Notes under the pieces: model-generated
What the model saw: the letters and a program-made list of their open reading frames with translations, nothing else
What the model was told of the DNA's origin: nothing
Database searches by the model: none
Position numbers and translations under genes: made by a program
In this document: piece by piece, positions 14,590-22,590 of the stretch
Numbering within the stretch: position 1 is the stretch's first letter
Layout: each line of letters opens with the position of its first letter
Source of the DNA: Patescibacteria group bacterium
Lineage (GTDB): Bacteria > Patescibacteriota > Minisyncoccia > Phycocordibacterales > DATDWN01
Reading direction: 5' to 3'
DNA: 24,000 bases
NCBI GenBank assembly: GCA_013816135.1
Contig: JACDEV010000005.1
Location: 28,055-52,054 of the forward strand

Positions 14590-16151
14590 TAAAATGATTG
14601 ATATTTCTTAGGACGATACTGTAACGCTTCAAGAATATGATTTTCTTTTATTTCTTTTTCGCCTTCCATATCTGCAATAGTTCGTGCTAGTTTTATTATT
14701 CTATGATAAGAACGTGCAGATAGATCAAGTTGTTTTGCTGAAGTGTTCAAAGTTTCTTTTACTTTATCAGAGAGTTTTATTTCTTTTACCAAATCTTTTG
14801 AAGATAATTCTGCATTGGTTTTTATTTTCAATCCTGCATATCTTTTTGCCTGGATATTTCTAGCTTTTTCAACTCGTGGTTTCATCTTATTTGTTCCTTC
14901 GTGCATCTCTCTAGCATCTGTCAGTTTAGAGTGTTCAACTTTAGAAACTTCTACCCATAGATCTATTCGATCAACGATAGGCCCAGATAGTTTTCTTTTA
15001 TATCGATCAATATTTTGTGCAGAACATGAGCAGTCTTTTCCTTTTACTCCATAATTTCCGCATGGACATGGATTCATTGTGGCAACCAAAATAAAATGAG
15101 CTGGATATCTTACGCTTCCCTTTGCTCGAGAGACAGTGACTTCTCTATCTTCAAGTGGCTGTCTTAAACTTTCCAAAACTTTCTTATCGAATTCTGGAAA
15201 TTCATCCAAAAATAAAACTCCTTTGTGAGCAAGTGTGACCTCTCCTGGTTTCAAATTAGCACCTCCACCAACAAGAGAAACGTATGAGGCAGTGTGATGT
15301 GGTGACCGAAATGGTGGTTCTTCGATAAGTCCTGTTGCTAGCATTCCACCAATTGAATATATAGAAGTTACCTCTAACATTTCTTCAAAAGAAAGTGCAG
15401 GTAGAAGATGAGTAAAAGCTCTCGCCAGCATAGTTTTTCCTGTTCCAGGTGGACCATACATAATGATGTTGTGTCCTCCAGCTGCGGCTATTTCTAATCC
15501 ACGTTTTGCTGATTCTTGACCTTTTATATCTGCAAAATCTACTTCTATATCTTTTAAAATTTTCTTTTTCTTCTTGCTTACAAAAGTTTTTATTAGTTCA
15601 TGTGGAATTGAAGTTTCTTCCTCGCCCGCCTCTTTGGTATTTATGTGCTTCACTACATCCAAGAGATTATCAGCCCCGAATATTTTTATGCCTTTGATGG
15701 TTGATGCTTCTTCGGCATTTTCTTTAGGTAGGAAAATTTCCTTAAAACCGAGTGATTTGGCTTTCTGAGCAATAGGTAGTGCACCTTTAATAGGTCGAAG
15801 GTTTCCATCTAAAGATAATTCACCGATGAATAACCTTGTTTTTGTCTCGGCTTCTATGTCACCAGAAGAGAGAAGATAAGCTAAAGCAATCGGAAGATCA
15901 AAGATTGGTCCTTCTTTTTTTACATCTGCTGGAGCTAGTGAAACAACCACTTTTTGATTTTTATTTTTCGGTGATTTCCAACCAGAGTTTTTAATAGCAG
16001 CTGATACTCTATCCTTGGATTCATCTACGGATTTATCCGCTAACCCTACAATAGAAAAAGAGTGGAGCCCTCTAGAGAGATCCACCTCTATATCTATGAT
16101 TTTTGCATTTAGGAGAGTTGCTTGAGCTGAATAGATTTTGGCAACTGACAT
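14589..16151 (-). CDS. comM: YifB/ComM-family Mg-chelatase-like AAA+ ATPase
   Basis: 520 aa. N-terminal Lon-protease-like domain, Walker A GPPGTGKTM, LFLDEFPEF, and the CPCG...C.C zinc motif characteristic of YifB/ComM. Confidence 0.9.
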   Translation of the reverse strand: MSVAKIYSAQATLLNAKIIDIEVDLSRGLHSFSIVGLADKSVDESKDRVSAAIKNSGWKSPKNKNQKVVVSLAPADVKKEGPIFDLPIALAYLLSSGDIEAETKTRLFIGELSLDGNLRPIKGALPIAQKAKSLGFKEIFLPKENAEEASTIKGIKIFGADNLLDVVKHINTKEAGEEETSIPHELIKTFVSKKKKKILKDIEVDFADIKGQESAKRGLEIAAAGGHNIIMYGPPGTGKTMLARAFTHLLPALSFEEMLEVTSIYSIGGMLATGLIEEPPFRSPHHTASYVSLVGGGANLKPGEVTLAHKGVLFLDEFPEFDKKVLESLRQPLEDREVTVSRAKGSVRYPAHFILVATMNPCPCGNYGVKGKDCSCSAQNIDRYKRKLSGPIVDRIDLWVEVSKVEHSKLTDAREMHEGTNKMKPRVEKARNIQAKRYAGLKIKTNAELSSKDLVKEIKLSDKVKETLNTSAKQLDLSARSYHRIIKLARTIADMEGEKEIKENHILEALQYRPKKYQSF

Positions 16152-16155
16152 AAAA

Positions 16156-16515
16156 TTAATTCATGTGCTCTTTGCAGGTTTGCGAAGATGGGTTGGCTTC
16201 GAGTCGGTCTTCTTCTATTTCTTTGTGACAGACCTCACATATTCCATAAGTACCACTTTTTATTTTTTCCAATGCACTTTTTACATCAGCTAGCTGCTTT
16301 TCTAGTTGGATTAAAATAGAACTGTTAGTTTCGTATTGTTCAATACTTCCAGCAATATCACCTACTTCTGCAGCATCATTTTCTGCTTCGCCTTCAACAG
16401 CCTCCCAGTCACCTTTTTGGTTTGGGTTTTTTCGGCCAACAGTTTTTAATTCATTTTCTAGTACCTCACATTCCTTTAAAAGCAGGTCTTTGAAGTGTGC
16501 TGTGTTTGTAGTCAT
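16156..16515 (-). CDS. DksA/TraR-family C4-type zinc-finger protein
   Basis: 119 aa. Coiled-coil N-terminus and C-terminal CEVCHKEIEEDRLEANPSSQTCKEH zinc-finger pattern. Confidence 0.75.
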   Translation of the reverse strand: MTTNTAHFKDLLLKECEVLENELKTVGRKNPNQKGDWEAVEGEAENDAAEVGDIAGSIEQYETNSSILIQLEKQLADVKSALEKIKSGTYGICEVCHKEIEEDRLEANPSSQTCKEHMN

Positions 16516-16549
16516 AATTGAATTGTAGCAGAAGGTTTTGTTTCTGCAA

Positions 16550-17455
16550 TTATATTCCTTGCTGGCCGATTAGGTACTTCTGAAGTATAGCTGTAAGAAT
16601 ACCTTCGTTTTTGGTTATTATCAGTGTTGTCTTGTCGATAAAAGAATATGACAGGATAGTTTGACCTGTTGAATTTTTCAATATACGCAAGTCTTTATTT
16701 TTTAAAGAAAGATCAGAAAAAGTTGAGGAGGCTGTAGGCGAAATTGAAAATATCTCTCCTATATCAGATGGAATGTCTTTTTCCCATTTCAACATTCCAG
16801 AAAAACTTGTAGGATAATCAGCAGTTTTCAAAATAATAAAAGGCTCAGCTTGATCAAACGAATAAATTCCTATCATATACCTACCTTCGAAAGATCTAGC
16901 TAATGATTCCGGTATTCGTGGCGCAAGAGTTATGAGTAGTTCGTCAATGTTTATAGCTGAACCGCTTGAATTGATTGTATTAAAATATAAGACGGAGTTT
17001 AAGGGTAAATTAGATTTATCCCTCGCAGAAACAATTTCTGCCATTATTTGTTCTCTGGTAGAACTAGCAACATTTAATTTTTTTTCATTAGAAAATCCCA
17101 CTAAAGCTTTTGTCTTCTGTTCAATAGTTACTTTTTCATTAGCTTTTAGATAATAAACAGTACCCATAGTTACAACACCAAGTAGTAATAGCAGTCCTGC
17201 ACCTATCATCACAATTTCATTTCGGGTCTTTGAGTCTTTTGGCGGGTTATCAAATGTCTGTAAATTCCTTTCACGTCTTTTTTGTTCAGCAATTAAAATA
17301 GACGCTGAAGATGATTTAGTGTTAACAATAGCTTCCTCCACATCTCCTTGATAAGTTCTCAGAGATTTAATAGGCCTTTCTTTTGGTGTATCAGGTATTT
17401 TTTCAGGAGGTGAATCAATACCTGGAATATTTTGTACATCTTTTTCTGGATCCAT
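16550..17455 (-). CDS. Hypothetical membrane-anchored protein (single central TM)
   Basis: 301-aa ORF with TM segment IVMIGAGLLLLLGVVTMGTVYYL. I recognise no family. Confidence 0.65.
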   Translation of the reverse strand: MDPEKDVQNIPGIDSPPEKIPDTPKERPIKSLRTYQGDVEEAIVNTKSSSASILIAEQKRRERNLQTFDNPPKDSKTRNEIVMIGAGLLLLLGVVTMGTVYYLKANEKVTIEQKTKALVGFSNEKKLNVASSTREQIMAEIVSARDKSNLPLNSVLYFNTINSSGSAINIDELLITLAPRIPESLARSFEGRYMIGIYSFDQAEPFIILKTADYPTSFSGMLKWEKDIPSDIGEIFSISPTASSTFSDLSLKNKDLRILKNSTGQTILSYSFIDKTTLIITKNEGILTAILQKYLIGQQGI

Positions 17456-17549
17456 TGATTTAATTGTAACAAAAAAGCCAACTACGAGCGAGATTGCAGC
17501 AGCGGGCTTTTGTAAGATTAATAAAAAATATAAAGAACCATCTCAGGTG

Positions 17550-17589
17550 GAGGTAGAGAGATTACTCGGGAGAGCAATCTCTCTACCTC
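17550..17589 (-). terminator. Perfect 14-bp hairpin GAGGTAGAGAGATT-N12-AATCTCTCTACCTC downstream of the NYN gene
   Basis: Read directly. On the minus strand a T-rich run (TATATTTTTTATT) follows about 20 nt later. It could be a terminator or part of a small structured RNA in the 200-nt intergenic gap. Confidence 0.4.
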
Positions 17590-17657
17590 GCTGACTACCT
17601 CAGACCCTTCCCTTGGGTGTGAAGGAATGAGATTTTTATCCTACTATATATTCTATT

Positions 17658-18224
17658 TTATTCAAAACTCTCAGGAGTTGGTCTTTGTCCTCTTCCTTTA
17701 TTTCTTGATTGTCCACCTGAACCCAAAAGATATTTTCTAGGATTTTCATCTAAATCGATGAAATCGTCGCAAACTTCTATTAGCTTAGCTGAAGACGATT
17801 TACCAAATGACATTACTTCTACCTGACATCCTTCATTTACTTGGAGATATTCTACTAATGGTACGAAATCTCCGTCTCCTGTGAGAAGGATAACCGCATC
17901 CAGTTTTGGAGCAAGTTTGATAGCGTCCACTGCAAGACCGACATCCCAATCGGCTTTTTTTGCCCCTCCTGAAAATATCTGGAGGTTTTTGGTCTTTGTT
18001 TCAATACCCATTTTTTCTAGTGCATCAAAAAAGCTCTTCTCCTCCCCAGACTCTGTAGTAATGACATAAGCTAGGCATCGGATAAGTTGTCTTCCAGCTA
18101 AGCCGTCTTTGACTACCTGATCGAAATTAACCTTGGCTCCGTATAGATTTTTGGCACAATGATAAAGGTTTTGTGTGTCGATAAAAATTCCGACACGTTG
18201 ATTTTTGTGTTTTATAACTGACAT
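17658..18224 (-). CDS. NYN-domain (LabA/DUF88-like) putative RNase
   Basis: 188 aa. VGIFIDTQNLYH..., LLTGDGDFVPLVEYLQ and G.QVEV are typical NYN/LabA motifs. Confidence 0.8.
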   Translation of the reverse strand: MSVIKHKNQRVGIFIDTQNLYHCAKNLYGAKVNFDQVVKDGLAGRQLIRCLAYVITTESGEEKSFFDALEKMGIETKTKNLQIFSGGAKKADWDVGLAVDAIKLAPKLDAVILLTGDGDFVPLVEYLQVNEGCQVEVMSFGKSSSAKLIEVCDDFIDLDENPRKYLLGSGGQSRNKGRGQRPTPESFE

Positions 18225-18428
18225 GTATTAAAAATTAAATTTTATATAAAAAATTCTGCTTATAGTATAACATTTTACTCCATACTAAAGACGGATGTTT
18301 TGAATTTTCCGAGACTTGCGCAGATGGGTAGTCGAGCATAGCAAAAATCTAGCAAGATTTTATGCGTGTTGAGGAAATTCAAAACAGTAGTATTTATACG
18401 CGTTCTAAAAAGTAGTTGTTAGGAGTTC

Positions 18429-18695
18429 CTACTTCTTCAAACCAAGTTTCTTATTCAAAGCGTTGTATCTCTTTGGGTTTTTCTTCTCTAGATACTTCAT
18501 ATGAGTCTTTCGATTGGCAACCATCTGTAATAGACCACGTCTTGAGTGGTTATCTTTGTTGTTTTTCTTCAAATGCTGAGCTAATTCATCAATTCTCTTA
18601 GTCAAAATAGCGATCTGAACCTCAGGTGAACCTGTGTCAGTGTCGTGGACTTGAACATCCTTAACTATCTTAGATTTTTTTGTCTTTGTAAGCAT
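18429..18695 (-). CDS. rpsO: 30S ribosomal protein S15
   Basis: 88 aa. DTGSPEVQIAILTKRI..L..HLK.N.KD.HSRRGLL.MV..R...L.YL is the S15 signature. Confidence 0.95.
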   Translation of the reverse strand: MLTKTKKSKIVKDVQVHDTDTGSPEVQIAILTKRIDELAQHLKKNNKDNHSRRGLLQMVANRKTHMKYLEKKNPKRYNALNKKLGLKK

Positions 18696-18754
18696 TGATC
18701 ATAAGATATCACAATTCTACAGCCTTTGCAAGGGTTTTATGGCGTATAAAATTT

Positions 18755-18784
18755 ATGCGCACCCCGAGGTTTTAAGGTGCGCAT
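18755..18784 (-). terminator. 9-bp perfect hairpin ATGCGCACC-N12-GGTGCGCAT downstream of the 18804 gene
   Basis: Read directly. A/T-rich sequence follows on the minus strand. Confidence 0.35.
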
Positions 18785-18803
18785 AGAACCAAGTTTAAGA
18801 GTT

Positions 18804-19106
18804 TTAGTCCGGCAAGACCTCACAACACTCCTTTTTGAATACGAAATGTGAAGTGCCACGGACCCGATCCTCCCACCACAATCGTGCTTGGGGGTTAATG
18901 AGTCCCAGGGCTCTCAAAGCGTCCTTAGGCAGGACGGCAAATTCATCCCCATCATTCATCACTTCTTTATGGGTCAGAATACTACTAAGGACCATTCCTT
19001 CCGAAGTCGCGTTAACTGGCATTACGGCACCAATCCAAGCATTTCGGATTTCCTCAGGAGCTTCCCCTGCTGGTCTAGAAGTTATGCGAATCATACATAT
19101 GGCCAT
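18804..19106 (-). CDS. Small hypothetical protein (100 aa), G+C visibly above neighbours
   Basis: I prefer ATG at 19106 (M21 of track ORF 18804..19166) because AGAGGAAAAC lies directly upstream. The sequence MAICMIRITSRPAGEAPEEIRNAWIG... has normal protein composition. I cannot name a family. Confidence 0.55.
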   Translation of the reverse strand: MAICMIRITSRPAGEAPEEIRNAWIGAVMPVNATSEGMVLSSILTHKEVMNDGDEFAVLPKDALRALGLINPQARLWWEDRVRGTSHFVFKKECCEVLPD

Positions 19107-19180
19107 GTTTTCCTCTAATAAAAATTTATCATATATACTAACGTCGCACAATATTTTGGACCACATGATATAATTTTTTT

Positions 19181-20137
19181 ATGTCAGCCTCTCTTAAGCA
19201 ATTGAAAAGACAATTTCTCGAATATATTGAAATAGAAAAAGGCCGGTCACTTCATACGGTTTCAAACTACGATCACTATTTGCAAAAATTCCTAGATTTT
19301 ACAAAGTTAGACAACCCTGCTCAGATAACTGACATATCAGTTCGAGAGTTTCGACTCTGGCTTAATCGTCAACCGACAAATAACATCAGACCAAGTGAAA
19401 CATTGTCCAAAAGAACCCAGAATTATTATTTGATTGCTCTCAGAGCATTTCTGAAGTATCTCGCTAGGCAAGAAATAAAAACTTTGCCAGCGGAACGTAT
19501 TGAGTTGGCCAAAGTTTCTGAACATTCTCTTGATCTTATTACTACGGCGGAATTAACTAGATTACTCAAATCACCCGACGGCTCCGACATCAAATCTTTA
19601 CGTGATAAAGCAATCCTTGAACTTCTTTTCTCAACAGGTTTACGTGTATCCGAACTTTGTTCACTAAATCGAGATATAAATCTTCAGTCAGATGAACTAT
19701 CTATTCGTGGAAAAGGTGGAAAGATCCGTGTAGTTTTTATTTCTGAAGAAGCAAGGGACGCAGTGAAAACTTATTTAAGTAAAAGAAAAGATATGGCTGA
19801 GGCATTGTTTGTCCGCATCCGCTTGGAAAGCAACGGCAAAGGAAAAAATAAAGCAAAAAAAGAAGCAAAGGCAATAAAAATTGAGGAGAAAGGACTTGAT
19901 AGGCATTCTATTGAAATGATTGTACGTCAATATGCAATCAAATCTGGTATTTCAAAAAAAGTTACTCCCCATACCCTTCGTCACGTCTTCGCCACGGACC
20001 TACTCTCAAATGGAGCTGATTTGCGTTCTGTTCAGGCATTGTTAGGTCATGCCAATATTGGAACTACTCAGATTTATACTCATGTGACTGATAAACACCT
20101 CAAGGATATTCACAAAAAGTTCCATAACAAGAGTTAA
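19181..20137 (+). CDS. Tyrosine recombinase, XerC/XerD family
   Basis: 318 aa. C-terminal catalytic signature HTLRHVFATDLLSNGADLRSVQALLGHANIGTTQIYTHV (R..H-x-x-R...Y) and an N-terminal SAM-like core-binding domain. Confidence 0.88.
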   Translation: MSASLKQLKRQFLEYIEIEKGRSLHTVSNYDHYLQKFLDFTKLDNPAQITDISVREFRLWLNRQPTNNIRPSETLSKRTQNYYLIALRAFLKYLARQEIKTLPAERIELAKVSEHSLDLITTAELTRLLKSPDGSDIKSLRDKAILELLFSTGLRVSELCSLNRDINLQSDELSIRGKGGKIRVVFISEEARDAVKTYLSKRKDMAEALFVRIRLESNGKGKNKAKKEAKAIKIEEKGLDRHSIEMIVRQYAIKSGISKKVTPHTLRHVFATDLLSNGADLRSVQALLGHANIGTTQIYTHVTDKHLKDIHKKFHNKS

Positions 20138-20163
20138 AAGTTTATGTTATATTTGGAATTATA

Positions 20164-21096
20164 ATGACACTAGATAAAGTTCCATCAAATGTAAATGAAT
20201 CGTTAGAGGACAAACTTGAGAAAACACCCATTACCCTTCTACCATTAAAATCTACCTATACGGTAGATGAATTAAGAGAAATTGTTCCAGAAGGCAAAAT
20301 AATAGTATGTGATTTTTATGTTAAAGGAATTGAAGAAGGTGAGGAAATTGAATTTGGCTACACAAAAGAAGGGATAGTAAATATTGATCATCATGCTCCT
20401 GGGGAATTTATGGCGCGTCAGATATCGAGTGCAAACTTAGCGATAAAATTTGTCGAAGAAAATGGTCCTGCACACCCAGAAGACACAGTTATTGTTCATC
20501 ATACGGATTGTGACAGTGTTCTTTCAAGCTCAATAGTTAGAGGGATTCTCTCACCAGATAAAAAATATGGGGAAGCAGCTATTGCCGCTGATCATACTGG
20601 AGCATCCAATAAAATAGCTGACCTACTTCAATCTCTTGAGGAAAAACGAGATCTATTTTTTTCACTTAGTAATTTGGATAAATTAAATAAGGGAGAACCG
20701 CTAGATACTGATGCGGAAATGCTGTTAAATAAACGTTATCAAAATAGAATAAAAGCTGCTGAATTAATTAAAGAAGGTAAATTTGAAAAAGTCGGAAATG
20801 TATATTTTACATCAGTTGATGAGAGGTTTGATGCTGGAATGCTACCCGCCTTGTTACCTGAAGCTGAAATAATAGTAATTGGAAGCCCAATGAAAGATAA
20901 TCCAGAAATGTGGGGAATCTCTGTCAGATTAGGATTAGCTGCTCCTGAAGGTTGGACTTTAGATGATTTTAAGCTTCCTGATTTTGGGGGCAGATGGAAT
21001 GCTGGTAACACTAGAAGACATGGTGGAACTAAGTACAATGCCAAAGAATATGCAACTATCATAAACGAACAAATATCTGATTTGCAGTCCGGATGA
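20164..21096 (+). CDS. Hypothetical protein with His/Asp-rich motifs (possible metal-dependent phosphoesterase)
   Basis: 310-aa ORF. Motifs NIDHHAPGE and VIVHHTDCDSVLSS resemble DHH-type metal sites, but their order is not canonical, so the functional call is weak. Confidence 0.6.
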   Translation: MTLDKVPSNVNESLEDKLEKTPITLLPLKSTYTVDELREIVPEGKIIVCDFYVKGIEEGEEIEFGYTKEGIVNIDHHAPGEFMARQISSANLAIKFVEENGPAHPEDTVIVHHTDCDSVLSSSIVRGILSPDKKYGEAAIAADHTGASNKIADLLQSLEEKRDLFFSLSNLDKLNKGEPLDTDAEMLLNKRYQNRIKAAELIKEGKFEKVGNVYFTSVDERFDAGMLPALLPEAEIIVIGSPMKDNPEMWGISVRLGLAAPEGWTLDDFKLPDFGGRWNAGNTRRHGGTKYNAKEYATIINEQISDLQSG

Positions 21097-21126
21097 TTCA
21101 ATTGGAATCTGTGATAAGCTTTCTTT

Positions 21127-21921
21127 ATGAAAATTATCTCTTGGAACGTAAACGGAATCCGTGCAGTGCACAAAAAAGGTCTTTTTGTGACTTTTTTAGA
21201 AAAACATAAGCCAGATATTGTTTGTTTGCAGGAGACAAAGGCTCAGAAGCATCAAAGTGAGGTTGATCTCGCTGGTTATGAGGAATATTGGAATTCAGCT
21301 GGAAAGGCGGGTTACAGTGGCACAGCAATTTTCAGCAAAGAGAAACCTTTATCTGTCGTTAACAACTTTCCAGCTGAAATCGTTTCAAAATATTCACTTT
21401 CAGATAAATATGGAGACCCAAATACAGAGGGCAGAATTATCGCCGCAGAGTATAAGGATTTTTATGTAGTGACCTCCTATACTCCGAATTCAAAAGAAGA
21501 TTTGTCGCGTCTCCCCCTCAGACATAAAGCATGGGACCCTGCCTTTTTGGAATATATGAAAAAGCTAGAAAAAAAGAAACCAGTTATTTTTTGTGGAGAT
21601 TTAAATGTTGCACACACACCAGATGACCTAGCTAATCCAAAACCAAATGAAGGCAAGCACGGATATACAAACGAAGAGCGAGAAGGAATAGATAAGATTA
21701 TTTCTACTGGTTTTGTTGATACATTTAGGATTTTTACAAAAGGCTCGGGTCATTACTCATGGTGGAGTCATTTTGCTAATTCTCGAGAAAGAAATGTCGG
21801 CTGGAGGATTGATTATTTTTTCGTAAGCAAATCTATCGCACCGAAAGTCAAAAGCGCTTCTATCTACCCAGAAATTTACGGTTCAGATCATTGTCCGGTA
21901 GAAATCGAGATAGAAATTTAG
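21127..21921 (+). CDS. xth: Exodeoxyribonuclease III (AP endonuclease)
   Basis: 264 aa. MKIISWNVNGIRA, CLQETK, GDLNVAH and SDHCPV are the ExoIII/APE1 family motifs. Confidence 0.93.
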   Translation: MKIISWNVNGIRAVHKKGLFVTFLEKHKPDIVCLQETKAQKHQSEVDLAGYEEYWNSAGKAGYSGTAIFSKEKPLSVVNNFPAEIVSKYSLSDKYGDPNTEGRIIAAEYKDFYVVTSYTPNSKEDLSRLPLRHKAWDPAFLEYMKKLEKKKPVIFCGDLNVAHTPDDLANPKPNEGKHGYTNEEREGIDKIISTGFVDTFRIFTKGSGHYSWWSHFANSRERNVGWRIDYFFVSKSIAPKVKSASIYPEIYGSDHCPVEIEIEI

Positions 21922-22214
21922 ACTTGTCCACAGTTTTGTTTTGTTTGTCCTTTACATGTCTTTTATCGAATGCAATACTTATTTCAGAACTCAGATTAGA
22001 TGTCCTTAATTAATTTTGGGACGGATGTTCTGAAATTTGTTCTTTGATTAAATGTTTTGTACTTTGGGAGTTGTACAGCTCCCCTATTAGAAGACTTTCT
22101 GGTTTTCAGGTAAATGACAGAGGTAAACAAATTTCTCAATCATCTACTATTTAAATTGGAATTATTGTTATTATCTAGTCCTACTAGATTGCTGGAGAGT
22201 TCTTCTCCCCTATA

Positions 22215-22269
22215 ACAGTCCGTCGACTCTGCGATTGCGAAATTGCTATGTCCGGGCTGTTTTTTATTG
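22215..22269 (+). terminator. Terminator-like hairpin plus T-tract about 290 nt downstream of xth
   Basis: ACAGTCCG (22215-22222) pairs with CGGGCTGT (22253-22260) as 8 bp with one G.U, followed by TTTTTTATT. Confidence 0.45.
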
Positions 22270-22320
22270 ACTTAAGATTAGGGGGATGTAAAATAATAAT
22301 ATATTATTAATATATAAACT

Positions 22321-22590
22321 ATGACTAATTCTCCTGAAGGGCAATCGATGGATCCACTAATTGAGGCTGAAGTCCTTAAGTTTGAAATATCGAAGAAGAT
22401 GGTTATGGGAAAAATATCCTGGATTCAAAAACAGTTTCCAATCATTACTGATATTGTGAAGGATATTGAGATGGGTGAAAGAATTGGTGACAAAGAATTA
22501 CAGGAAACAGCGGATAATTTGAGCAAAATTGAAAATGAGATAAGTAGTATATACGAAAGGATAATACCACCTACTGATTTAGGGAGGTAG
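22321..22590 (+). CDS. Small acidic hypothetical protein (89 aa)
   Basis: ORF with normal composition. It lies tail-to-tail with cca, and the two stop codons abut. Confidence 0.5.
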   Translation: MTNSPEGQSMDPLIEAEVLKFEISKKMVMGKISWIQKQFPIITDIVKDIEMGERIGDKELQETADNLSKIENEISSIYERIIPPTDLGR

